Notes under the pieces: generated by a model
Databases searched by the model: none
What the model was told of the DNA's origin: nothing
What the model saw: only the letters and a program-made list of their open reading frames with translations
Source: Utricularia gibba
Lineage: Eukaryota; Plantae; Magnoliophyta
DNA length: 64,000 nt
Assembly: GCA_002189035.1 (NCBI GenBank)
Contig: CM007989.1
Coordinates: forward strand, 682,001 to 746,000
Reading direction: 5' to 3'
Program-made: the position numbers and the translations under genes
Shown: in pieces, positions 1 to 11,507 of the stretch
How positions within the stretch are numbered: position 1 is the first letter of the stretch
Layout: each line of letters opens with the position of its first letter

Positions 1-1413
1 CACATCCTGTATCTAATAAAAAAAACACACAAAAATATATGAAAATCAAGAAATGATATCCGAAAAAGAACAAGGGCATACACTGATAAGCTACCTTCCT
101 GGTAAGCTCTCCCCTAAAATGCACTGTCATGGTCCGAGGAATATGCCCTTTTGGAACATGTTCAGACAATTCTTGAATCTTGGCCTGAAATAAATAAGAG
201 AAGCAAAAAGACCTCAGCATCATGGATAGTATGATGAAATGATCAACAAAACAAACCTCCTGAAACTTCAAAAACTTGGACGCTCTTAGTTGGGGAATGA
301 GGTTGCCTTTAGCATTGTTTGTTGTGCATTGTTGAGAAGGGCAATCAAAAAGAGGCATGTATGATCGAGCAGTCACTTCCTGGATGAAAATCAATGTCAT
401 TTAGATAACAAAATTTTGAAACTGGAGAGGTTAAGGCGATTTTCAAACTTAAGCAAAAGAAAGACCTGATATATCTCAAATCCGCACTCCTCACATGTGT
501 AGACAGCAACCTGCATTAATGGCTTCACATCCGAACAGCGTGTTACAATGCCGGATATTCGCACAAGTTGCCCGATATATGAAGCTTTGACCTCCCTAAT
601 AGTGAAAGGCCTCCCTTTTGAGGATGCTTTGATATATACTTCACTGTTTCAGACAAAAGAAGAAAATTATGTAAATTCATTTAACCGAAGTGAATTTTCA
701 AGCTGTAAGTTATCAGACACGATAACAACAGAAATTAAGCAGGAAAAAAAATGCTGCATTTTAAAGCTTACTAAAATCTCTTGATCTCAGGAGGCATCTT
801 CTTTTGTGAATCAGCATCATTAGCGTCCTCGGTTCCATCTTCAACCCTCTGGGTCATAAAAATATCATAATCATCATCGGCAAGCATCTCCGTCGGCTCA
901 GGCATAATTTCCTCGATCGCATCAGCAAATATACCAATATAACGGCGCGTATTTTCAGTCACCCGCTTCAAAAACTCTTCATCCATGTCCTTGTACTGTT
1001 TCCCATAACGAAAATAGCTAACTTCATGCACATTCCATATCCATGGGATTATATGCAACAGAGAAAATGTGAACATTTACATTAATCAAGTCTTCAAGCT
1101 CGATTTGGAGAGACTTCGTCTTTCGATTGGCCACATCTTGCTGGAGATGAATCAAGATAAACCCTCTGATAAATCCCAATCTTTTACGATCTCGTAGATG
1201 CTAGATCAAAAGTGAGGAAGGACTTACCAGCATATTCAAGTACTTGGCTTCCCCATTCAGATCCCAGAAGTTTTCAAGGAAGTCTTTCGCGATTCCTGAG
1301 ACACACCCAAAGAAAACATTTCCATTACCACAAAATAACGAAAACCTACCAAGTTTTCCCACAAACAAAGACGGTTGTTTACCTCTGTCTCTTTTGAAGT
1401 CGACGTTGTTCAT
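1..1413 (-). CDS. MCM7: DNA replication licensing factor MCM7 (PROLIFERA), 5' exons; gene runs off window start
   Basis: Spliced minus-strand exons read [91 protein letters not shown], then ..[37 protein letters not shown] and [35 protein letters not shown]. These match the MCM7 N-terminus and Zn finger. ATG at 1413; GT-AG introns. Confidence 0.95.
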
Positions 1414-1476
1414 ATCTCCGCCGTCAATTCGCCTGTGCAATAGCAACAGAACGGAGCGTTAGAGAGAAATGCAAAT

Positions 1477-1528
1477 GGCGGGAAATCACCGGGGAGATGG
1501 CTTGTATGGCGTCGTTTTGGGCGGGAAA
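1477..1528 (-). promoter_or_regulatory. Two E2F-binding sites (TTTCCCGCC) upstream of MCM7
   Basis: GGCGGGAAA at 1477-1485 and 1520-1528 on + equals TTTCCCGCC on -. This matches the E2F consensus TTTSSCGS, 64-115 nt upstream of the MCM7 ATG. Confidence 0.8.
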
Positions 1529-1867
1529 TAATCCACAGATTGCATCCATCCCCTTCAAAAACCTCATATTTGCAGAGTACCCCAATCACTATTGATATTT
1601 TACAATTTTGGCCGATAAAGCGCCTCTTGAATTATTTCCCATCAACCACCAAAAACTCCAATATTGCATTTCGTCCCCCAGCCCCACGCCCCGGCAATCA
1701 GCGATCAAGAGCGCAGCTGGTAAAAATGCACTTTTCTGAACTCAGCATTCAGAATCTCGCTGAAGGTGAGTTTCATCTCTCCTGCCTTCTTCTCTGTTTC
1801 TGTGTTTCTTGTGACGTCTGTTGATTTTGGTTGTTTGCCTGTGCAGATTGAATCTGCTTGAACTCCG

Positions 1868-2230
1868 ATGATAAGAAGGATCCTGATGGAAGTTCTTATG
1901 CTTCTTCGCTCTTCCTCAATGGTGCTCCTCTACTGATTGATTCCTTGTGTTCTCGGAGGATCCGATATTTTAGCCACTTTCGAACAAAAAAACCATCCCA
2001 GATCAGCCCGGCTTGTCGGATTTGGAAGAGAGGGAGAGGAAGATGATGCCCTCGAACAGTGCAGTGATTCGGCTAGAAGATCGCGAATGAGGAAGCGATC
2101 GCCTCAGTATCCGGACGCCCCACTATGGATTGTATGACTGATCGATCTGTAAATTCCAGATATGCATTTCGGATACGTTGATGGAGCGGTGCGCAGCTCG
2201 CAGTGCAGACTAGTGAAGTCTACCGATAGG
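1868..2230 (+). pseudogene. Group S1 bZIP (bZIP53-like) pseudogene including its degenerate sucrose-responsive conserved uORF
   Basis: uORF 1868-1936 MIRRILMEVLMLLRSSSMVLLY*L aligns to the S1-bZIP uORF motif HLVQSFSVVFLYWL, with W TGG>TGA. The main ORF reads SDLEERERKMMPSN(S) then DSARRSRMRKR, split by a CAGTG tandem duplication (2057-2066). The zipper region has stops and a weak GAQLAVQT remnant. Confidence 0.75.
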
Positions 2231-2329
2231 GGATCATCACTAGGGTCTCTGAAAATCCAATCTAATTGGGACGAGGATAAGCAAATAGAAGTGAACAGAG
2301 GGATCGCGGAGAGTGTGAACCGGGGCGGC

Positions 2330-2576
2330 AACTCGGGCAATCAGCCACCACGCCCCACGCCGCCGCGCTCCCCCGCTCAGGGGATCATCCGCGCACGTCT
2401 CTTACGCGTTCTTGATGCTCTCTTCACTTTATCCGACAGCCGATCCGGAGACGCCATCGCCACAACGCCCCGGCCTCGCGCCGCGACGGGCATCCTCCTC
2501 CGCGGCGGAAACGAGACGAATTTCGGAAGAACGTCGTGGTCGCCGCATTGATGCTCACGCTGGCGACTGCTGCCAT
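2330..2576 (-). pseudogene. CP12: CP12 (Calvin-cycle regulator) pseudogene
   Basis: Transit-like MAAVASVSINAA (ATG 2576), then across frames ..VVAMASPDRLSDKV / EESIKNA*ETCADDPLSG / AAAWGVVAD. This compares with CP12 APDKISDKVEESIKNAQETCADDPVSGECVAAWDEVEE. There are three frameshifts and an in-frame TAA at 2402-2404. Confidence 0.85.
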
Positions 2577-3189
2577 CCTCGAATATTCCGTCGTCCGGAG
2601 AATGGACAGGGTTAAAAAATCATCCGTGGACACGATTTAACCTCGAATAATAATAGTCCTAAATTTCTAATCTTTTTAAAATAAATATTTGGGAAAAAAT
2701 ATTTTAAAACATTATTTGAAAAGTAAAATCTATTCTAACCTTTCTATTGTTTGATTGAATAATTTATTTGAAAAAATGTTGCTTGCCGCGTGTCGCGATG
2801 TCATTGGCGGTAATAGAATATTTTATCACAAATTAAATCTGATTTCATTAAATTAATGTGCATTACGGCGTGGTGTGTGTAGGTGATTAACGCCCTTGTG
2901 AAGAAGATGGGCAGCATTTTCCCCATACGTCCCTCTCGGACAATAAAGCTCCATAATCCCCCATCAATGTTGATTTAAGAATCCAGAATCCTGTTCCCTA
3001 AAGTGAACGTAGATGAACGAACCAACGAACTCACCAGAGTATGTGTTGCTGAAAGGCTCGTGGCAACTGGTCACTGAACTCACCAGGAGAAGGAAGAAAT
3101 CGATCATCTTCCATTCCCTGTAGAGAAGGAAGAAGGTTGGTCTCTCTGCTCCAACTGGATGAGCATTTTGGTTCCTGCAATTCAACTCT

Positions 3190-4973
3190 ATGAAGTCTAT
3201 TGGAGTTTGCTTCTCATTGTTCGTCCTGCTCTTCTCCGCTCTGTTCCTCTTTTTCTTCCTCCCCTTCTGGGTTTCCGAGACCACCCACGAGACGCCGTTG
3301 GGGACGACGGCTGACCTTGGAAGTAACGCCCCATCCTCCGCCTTCAACTTCAACTGCACTTCATGCGAAATCCCAGCGAACATTTCAGTTTTGGGAGATA
3401 CCCATTTCGGGGAAGGCGGAGATTCTTCGGGATTTACAGAGATTTGGAGCTTGGATGACGGGAATCGTACCTCCAGTTCATCCCCGTTAGATTCTTTGGT
3501 AGATAGTAGTAGCACCCTCTCTTCCCCCTCCTCCTCTTCTCTGGAACTACTGCTGGATAATGCGAGAGGCGCCGGGTTCCCCGCTAAGTCGGAATCTGTG
3601 GAAGAAGATGACCTGAAAAAGAACATTACCTTGGAATGTGATATCACAAGAGGGAGGTGGGTGGCTGATGAAGACTATCCTCTCTACACCCATTCCACTT
3701 GCCCCTTCATAGATGAGGGTTTCAATTGCCAGGGCAATGGAAGATTAGACACCAGCTACATGAAATGGCGATGGCAGCCTGAGAACTGTGGCATCCAAAG
3801 GTAATACCTGCTTTAGATGATGGAATCACATCAACTGTGCTGCTGGAGCTGACTGAATATCCCTTTGCTTGTAGGTTCAATGCCAGCAGAATGCTGGAAC
3901 TGATAAGAGGGAAGAGACTAGTGTTTGTTGGGGATTCTTTGAATAGGAATCAATGGGAATCCATGCTGTGTCTTCTCATCGGAGGAGTCGTCGATCCCAA
4001 GAAGGTGTACGAGGCTCATGGGAGGAGGATAACCAAAGAGAGGGGGACTACTGCTTCAAGTTTGAGGTAGTGCCCCATTTAAGCATGATCCATTGGGGCG
4101 ACTGAGTTTCTTTCCTGCTTCTCCTTGATACTTTCACTCCTGTAGGATTACAAGTGCACGGTGGAGTTCTACGTCTCGCATTTCCTGGTTCACGAGGGCA
4201 AGGCGAGAGTAGGGAGCAAGCGGAAGCAGACGCTGCGAATCGACACCATAGATAAAGGATCATCAAGGTGGAGAGGAGCTGATATTCTGGTGTTCAACAC
4301 TGCACACTGGTGGAGCCATTCCAAGACAAAATCTGGGTAGGCATCCGGTCTGGTCACATGGGCTGCCTGGATATGCAGCCAGATTCATCAAAATCTTCTT
4401 TTAAACATGACAGGGTGAACTACTACCAGGAAGGTGACCAAGTCATACCTTGGCTTGATGCTACGGAAGCGTTCAGACGGGCGATATCGACATGGGCGAC
4501 ATGGGTTGATAGGCACATCAACCCTCGTAAAACTCTGGTATTCTTCAGAAGTTCTGCTCCATCACATTTCAGGTTTGTTATGAACATGGCAATAGTGGCT
4601 TCCCTGTGGCATCAAACGTGTTACTGATATTTGGGTATTCAACAGTGGCGGTCAATGGAACACTGGCGGCCATTGTCGAGAAGCACTGAATCCCATCAAC
4701 CAGACTTCCAGTTCCTATTTACCTGTAAAGAATTTGATCGTAGAGGAGATTATAAGAAAAATGAAGGTACCTGTTACAATTCTGAATATAACACAGATAT
4801 CGAGCTATCGACCGGATGCTCATCCCTCAATCTACGGAAGGAGATCTTTGGATCCGGGTGTGCAAGACTGCAGCCATTGGTGCCTCCCTGGAGTTCCTGA
4901 TACCTGGAACCAGTTACTGTACCATCATTTGCAGTTGAGAACAAAGAAAAGCAGTAGTGTACAGCATAGATAG
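3190..4973 (+). CDS. TBL6: Trichome birefringence-like O-acetyltransferase (TBL6-like; PMR5N + PC-esterase)
   Basis: N-terminal TM helix, ECDITRGRWV..CPFIDEGFNCQGNGRLD..WRWQP, GDS motif LVFVGDSLNRNQWESMLCLL and DxxH motif DCSHWCLPGVPDTWNQLLY. One apparent 1-nt deletion lies in the G-run at 4042-4046. Confidence 0.92.
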
Positions 4974-5732
4974 CTAGCATTTTAATTCAGTTGCATGTTT
5001 TCCCTGCTCTTAAAACACCTGTTTGAGGTAACCAGAAACCGTACATATCACTGTACAGACATATAGATCGGTGATTCTTTGCTATCAGATTGGAGCCATC
5101 CCCCAAGCCCCATCTACTTTTCGTTTCTTTTTTTCTGGACACACTGTTTTAAGGCCGAAGGGCAAAGGGTTTCCTATTCAGTGTTTCCAGTACCGTACAT
5201 CCATTGCTCTAGGACAAAGTGACACCCGAGGCGATGAATAAATGAAATTCATCATTTCTGCAGGCCCAAACATCCAAAACTTCTCATTGAAAAGGAGCTT
5301 CCACCCGTTTTGGCCTTCCCTTCTTTGAAAGAAAAGGGATGTAGACTGCAATTCTGCTTTCTATATACAAATAGCAATGGCACATTGATAAAAAAATGAA
5401 TGCTCGGTCTGTTCTGATGGTGCGTGTGTGTTTTGTAAGAGAGAAATGGGAACTCTTCTAGTTACTAAGTGAAAGAAATGGGAGAAAGCAACTGGGGATA
5501 TTGCCATCAGTTTTCATATATCCTACTCTCCTCACATCAAATCGATATATTATCTTCTGGCTGTGATCAAGCAAAAAAAAAAAAAAAAAAAGAAATAGAA
5601 GAGGTTCAGCAGCATAACCTGGTCTCCAAGTGTGTTGTGCATCCAGGAAGATGTACTTCATTTTGAGAAGTTGGCAAGAATCATTGCTTTCAATCTCAAT
5701 CTCGTTACTTATTTTTCACCGCATGCATGCAG

Positions 5733-6174
5733 GGGGTACTACAGATGCAGCACGTCTAAAGGATGCTCAGCTAGGAAGCATGTGTTGAGATGCAAAACTG
5801 ACGCATTATAACAGCGCCCCAAATCTTTGTTTTTCAAGCCACAAATGATGCCCCTGCAACCCCAAAACAAGAATCAGAATCAGCAATGCATCCCAAGGAC
5901 AAATTGGCTGATGCCAACGATCTCGAGCAGTTCAAATATGCCAATTATCAGCCTGGAACAAGTCAATAGCAATTAGCAAGAGAACGTGGAAGTTTCAAGA
6001 GAAGAACTTTACCATGAAGATGCTAAGTCACTGTCCGAAGATCAAGTGGAGAAGTTTCTCGAGGAAACAGGGGAGAACGATTTCTATAATGAGCTACAAG
6101 AGCTCTCTACATACTCCTCCGATGCTTTCATGAGGAATTTCAGCAGCGGCAGTACTTTCATCTCAACAATGTAG
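5733..6174 (+). pseudogene. WRKY group IIe transcription factor relic (C-terminal half of the domain plus acidic tail)
   Basis: After a tgcag acceptor in the R-type intron position, the sequence reads (R)GYYRCSTSKGCSARKHVLRCKTDAL* (TAA 5809-5811), so the HxH Zn ligands are lost. No WRKYGQK exon was found upstream. The downstream acidic stretch NDFYNELQELSTYSS resembles IIe C-termini. Confidence 0.75.
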
Positions 6175-6498
6175 TCCACTTACTGCAACACAGCCAGAAA
6201 CAGCACACACTTCGTATAGGCTTCTTTACCTACCAAACTACATTTGTCATTCATTCTCAAAGCATTGGGAGTTCGGTGCTGCTGGGCTTTGCCTCCTATT
6301 GTAAATCAATCTCACCGAAGTTCAGTGACAATGAGCAAAACCAGGTCATATAGTCATCCCACAATTTAAGTATGAATCACCAAATGATGCAATTACATTA
6401 AACAAAAGTCACAAAAGAGCACCAAAAACCTAAGTTTCCCTTGTAGGAAATCATTCTGAAACTCAAGGAGAAAAGATGTCTAAATAAAGCTTAAGAGA

Positions 6499-8362
6499 CT
6501 ATTGCAGTTCAGCTGAAGCTGCAAGCGGCTGCAAGGCTTTCAGAGGATTCGAGATAACACCATCAATGAGCCCATACTCCTTGGCTTCTTTGGCACTCAT
6601 GAAGAAATCGCGGTCTGTATCTTGATTGATAGTTTCAAGGCTTTGTCCAGTGTGGTACGCCAAATAACCATTCAAATTTGCTTTGTGGTGCAGCATTTCA
6701 TTAGCCTGTAAGACAAAAAAACAAGTGATGAAAAAAAAACATATGGTTTGAGACAATTAAGGGACCATTAAATACAGACCATTTTGTAGCATGAACAAAA
6801 TTAAAGATAAAGTACCTGAATATCAATGTCAGTCTGTCCTCCCTGAGCACCACCCAAAGGCTGGTGAATCATTATCCTCGAATTGGGAAGGCTGAATCGC
6901 TTACCTTAAACAAAATTAAAAAAAAAAATCAGTGAATACATCGATAGCATGACAGTTCAAGACATTGGAACTTATAAGGCATATACCTTTAGTGCCAGCG
7001 CTTAAAAGAAAAGCCCCATGCTGCACCGACATCAATACATAAAAAGAATCAGCGCAAACAATGGTCAAGAAGATAGCTGTAAAATCCAATGAATACATGG
7101 GAAGTGATACTTCACCTAGCTGCGAGTCCAACACATACAGTTGAAACATCAGGACGAATATGCCTCATGGTGTCAAATATAGCCATTCCTACATATCAAC
7201 ACTAAACATTGAGATATTTCAAATTACACATGTAAAAGCAAAAACCAGGAGGAGCTACATTACCGGCTGTGACAGATCCACCAGGAGAGTTTACATACAT
7301 CACAATATCCTACATCCAATCACAAAAATAAAAAAAAAAAAAAATTGTCCAAAATAGATGCGAGGTAGAAACAGTACTAAATTTTCCAGTTGGACTTCGA
7401 TTAAGACAACCATTGGTGGTATAACCATAACTTCTTTCATTAATCTAAGCAATGACATAGTGAACCTAGAAGCGATAGAATCCCAAGTTTTCAGGCCAAA
7501 ATATAGCATCGAAGTTAAAAATTATTCTGAAATTATATTTCTTGTCAACATTCTAAAAAGTTGCAGAATTGAAAACAAGACAGAAGATGTAAACATGGCA
7601 CCCACATATTGTATAATATGGATGACAGAAACAAGCATACCTTAGTAGGGTCAACTGCATCAAGATAGAGCAACTGAGCGACAATAATATTTGCCATATC
7701 ATCATCAACAGCTCCCCCGCAGCGTATTATTCGCTATACAAGAAACAGGTTAACATTTGAAAAAGCAAGGGAGGAGGAAAAGAAAAAGGAAGAAAACTAA
7801 AATAGCTCACGTATTGAAAGAGTTGGCTAATGACGCCCATAAAACGCTCTTGTAACATTGGAGGTGGCCCCTGAGGTCCTTGTGCATAAGCTGGAAAATA
7901 CGGGGATGATGGAATTTGCAGATCCTCCCTACACCCAATGAAGATAACTAGCCACTGTCATAACATTAAAAAAAAAAAGATCTTCGCACCGAATACAAAA
8001 AGTTCAACTGACATGACTCTCGAGCAATTTCACGGAATAATTCAAAACATCTGAGAACAAGAAATCTTCAGAAGCAGCTTCATACCAACATTGCAGACAA
8101 AACAATTCACGGATCATTACCTAATCGACCATATCCCATTCCGCGATCCTACCCCAGAGCCGTATACCTCAGAACCGCAAACTGCCTTCACCGATGAGGA
8201 CCTTGAAACTGATTTCTTCAATTTCCTAACAACTCCATACCGTGAAGGGAGCGGCAGAGAGAAGATTCCAGGCGAAGTACTGGACGAGCCAGTGTTCGGC
8301 GAAGAGTACGGAAGAGAACAGGAGTTGAATCCGAGAGAAGAAAACACGCAAGAATGCACCAT
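6499..8362 (-). CDS. CLPP5: Chloroplast ATP-dependent Clp protease proteolytic subunit 5
   Basis: MVHSCV.. transit peptide, [125 protein letters not shown]. Confidence 0.95.
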
Positions 8363-8616
8363 CTCGACGGCGGACCGCCCTTCGCCAAGGCGGCAGGCTT
8401 ATCCGATTCACAGCGAGACGCGGGTGGGAGAGAAACTGCTAGCGTGCTGTACCAGGTTTATAATCGAAGTTTCACCAGATATACACAAGTATTAATAAGA
8501 GCGGAAATGGATATTTTTAAGTTTTCAGAAAATCAAAATATTAATTAATATGAAAAAAAAACAATTCGAATTCCGACATTGCCCTTCATGCAACCTAAAA
8601 ACACGCGCGCTTTAAA

Positions 8617-10650
8617 CTAGTAGGCTTTCTCAGACGCCATGCTTTCGTGGACTGCCTTGTAGCACTGCAGGCTGCAAAGAGGGAGCCTCGACTTGGAGTC
8701 CCGGTACTTGTACGGATTGCTGCAGGACGGACCGGCGCAGGTCTCGCGCGGTGGAGGATATCTGACATTTCGGAAGGAAGAAAAATCACAGAGCAGTCAA
8801 AGGGATGAAGCAGGTGATCTTCCTGGAAGAAAGACAGCATTAGTTTACCTTTGTTCGAGGGCTCAAAGATGTTGGGGAATCCCAGCTCTTCAGGGAAAGA
8901 AACGGTGGTTCCATTAGGTCCCATGATTGTCCTAATGGTGTTTGATGCGAGCAAAAGGGCATTCGCCATCTTCTCCTGTTTTCGACTTTCAAGGTTAGAT
9001 ATCAGTGGCCGCATCAAAAATGTGTGTTTACGGAACTTGGAACTAGAGAGGGTATACTACCTGTGCCAACTCCTCTTGTCGCTTCTTTATTTTTTCCTCT
9101 CTCTTCTTCCTACTGGAATCTTGACCAAGGATTTTCCTAATTGCTTCTTCCTACAGTTTTGGAGTCTGTAAAACACATAGTAATGACTAAAACGGAATAC
9201 AGAGTATAGAGTAGCAAATGAACCTCAGTTTCACGAGCAGCTTTCTCGTTCTGCAATTTTCTCCTCTGGGCAGCTTCGGCTTTTTTCAGTTGTTTCTCCA
9301 CTTCTGAGAGCTTCTCCTTTTGTTCTACCATGCCAATAATAGTACGGGATCAAGGCTTCAAGCCATGAAAAAAAGTTACGCAGTTAAATGAACAAAAGAA
9401 GTTGCTTACTTCGAGGAGGGGCCAGCGGCAAACTGTTGGGGAACTCAACTTGACTTGTACCAGCTGCCGAAGAATCCTTACTTAAAAGGGCTCGCTGACG
9501 AGTCGTCAAAGCAATTTCTTTCTTGCTCTCCGTTGGCAGTTCTGACAGACCCTTCTTCTGTTTTTTCTTTTTGACACCATCACGTTCGTTGTCAGAATAT
9601 GATCCCTCTTCCTCCTTATAATCCATATCTCCAGATTTCGACTTCTTAGCATCTCTACTAACCCTTGCAGGATCTTCAAATGTGTCTGGTTTCCCTCCCT
9701 TCTGTTGTTTTAGGACTGGTTGTGCCTCCCAGTCCTTGTATCCTGACATCCGTGATGTCTTAAGCTTCTCTAGGTACCGGATTTCATCATCATCTTCTTC
9801 ATCGAAATCCTCATCCATTCGCCTTTTTTGCACCCTTCTGCTTTTACGAACTGCATCTAACTTATCACCCTTCTCATCTACCGCACTCCTTGCTGGTGTC
9901 TTCCCGACATCCTCCCTCCTGATACCAAAACTAGCAGAGAAATCTTTCCATGGAATGCCTTGCAAACCGCTTTTTTTATCCATCCTTGCAGAATGGTGTT
10001 CATCAGAATTTCCCTGTAACATAAAAACGCAGCGCATAAACAACCAAATAAAACCTCCATGGTCTTCTACACAAAGAAAAGGACACGGACACAACATATC
10101 AACAAAAGCAAAGGTAAGTCATTTTCCATGTGACTATCAAAGAATGTTGGGCAAGTGCAACGTCTTTCATGTAAAGTTGTAAACATCATTGCTAATTTCA
10201 GACACAGAGATCAGAACAGATGTATCACCTTCTGTCTTGGTTGAGCGTTCTCTGAGACCTGATTGCCATTTACATTAGATCCACTGCTTGATGACCCATT
10301 AAAACTAGATTTGGTATGGACAGTCCTCGTCATTCCACCAACTTTCAGTTTAACTCTTTTTAGTTTATTCTCAGTTCCAGCTCCATCACTTGCACCAGTC
10401 ATTGGACTTGAATCAGAAGGCAAAGACCTCGAAACACATTGACTCAAGTTGAACATCTTCCCCCCGAGTGGCCATCAATATTCTCATCACCTGAGACTCT
10501 ATTCATCTCATCCGAAACTGGTGTTGACAACATGGATGAAGGATCAGGAAGTGATTGCCCGTCAGCTTTAGGTCGACGAGTAGTTTGGCTTCTCCTTTTC
10601 TTCGAAGTAGTTAGTCCAGCGTCCAACTGAGGAGCCTTAGCCTGATCCAT
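8617..10650 (-). CDS. IES2: INO80 complex subunit B / IES2 (PAPA-1 and HIT zinc finger)
   Basis: LKRVKLKVGG, ALTTRQRALL, QLKKAEAAQRRKLQNEKAARETE, ASNTIRTIMGPNGTTVSFPEELG, and last exon PPRETCAGPSCSNPYKYRDSKSRLPLCSLQCYKAV..EKAY* (stop 8617). Confidence 0.9.
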
Positions 10651-11507
10651 CTATATAAAAAACTTTGAAAACCCTGCGCCAAAGTCTCATATTACTAAAA
10701 TCCAAGTGAAGAACGATAAAGCAAGATTTCCATAAATCTATAGCATCGACATTGAGAAAGAAAGACAAAGGCTTAACAAGAACTCATTCCATCAAAGAAT
10801 TGACAAGAAAAAGCATTTCACAACAAAACATTCATTCGCATCAGACACACAGCAGCATCCTTCAACCAGCTACCATAAACAGCATAAACCCCACACATCC
10901 ACGACGCCAACTAAACAACAAATACTTCGAATCACATAAATTTCACATCCAGCTACAACCAACACTACCACACCCGCGAATCGAGTCATACACCCCGAGA
11001 CAAAACAAAAAAATAAACAAAAACCAAGTAAAAATCACCCAAAACAACGGAAAGAGAAAAGGGTTCTTGAAGAACACATCAAAAAACGCGAATCATCGCA
11101 AAAAGAAACATGTAAAATTACAGAGTTGATCGTCGGATTCGGTTGTTGGCGCTAGGGTTGGGGAGGAGGAAAGCGGTGGTCGCGAGAGGTACGGTTGCTA
11201 TCGCAGTGCGAATAGTAACCACAGCCTTCGAAATCTCCCCCATGCCTTTTCAACAAAACTGCGTTTATGCGCATGGAAATTATGTGGGGATCTCGAGTTA
11301 AGGAAATTTGGGCTGGACTTCACTTGGCTCAGCCGCTCTCCTCCTCCCTCCCTCTCTCTCCTCAGTCCACCTCGTCGTCTACGTCTACCCTCTGTTTTTT
11401 TTTTTTTTTAGGCGTGATTAATTATTTACGAAAAATATATATATATAAAATGAATATTCGAAATGTAAAACCCTTCCCAAGTGAGGCGTTGGTGAATCGA
11501 TCAAAAA

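Noticed and set aside
2162-2551. 129-aa + strand ORF
   Set aside because: It is the GC-rich antisense shadow of the CP12 relic and has no recognisable motif.
2964-3647. 227-aa - strand ORF
   Set aside because: Antisense to TBL6 exon 1. The long antisense ORFs over ANX1, IES2, PRP43 and ZNF598 are shadows of the same kind.
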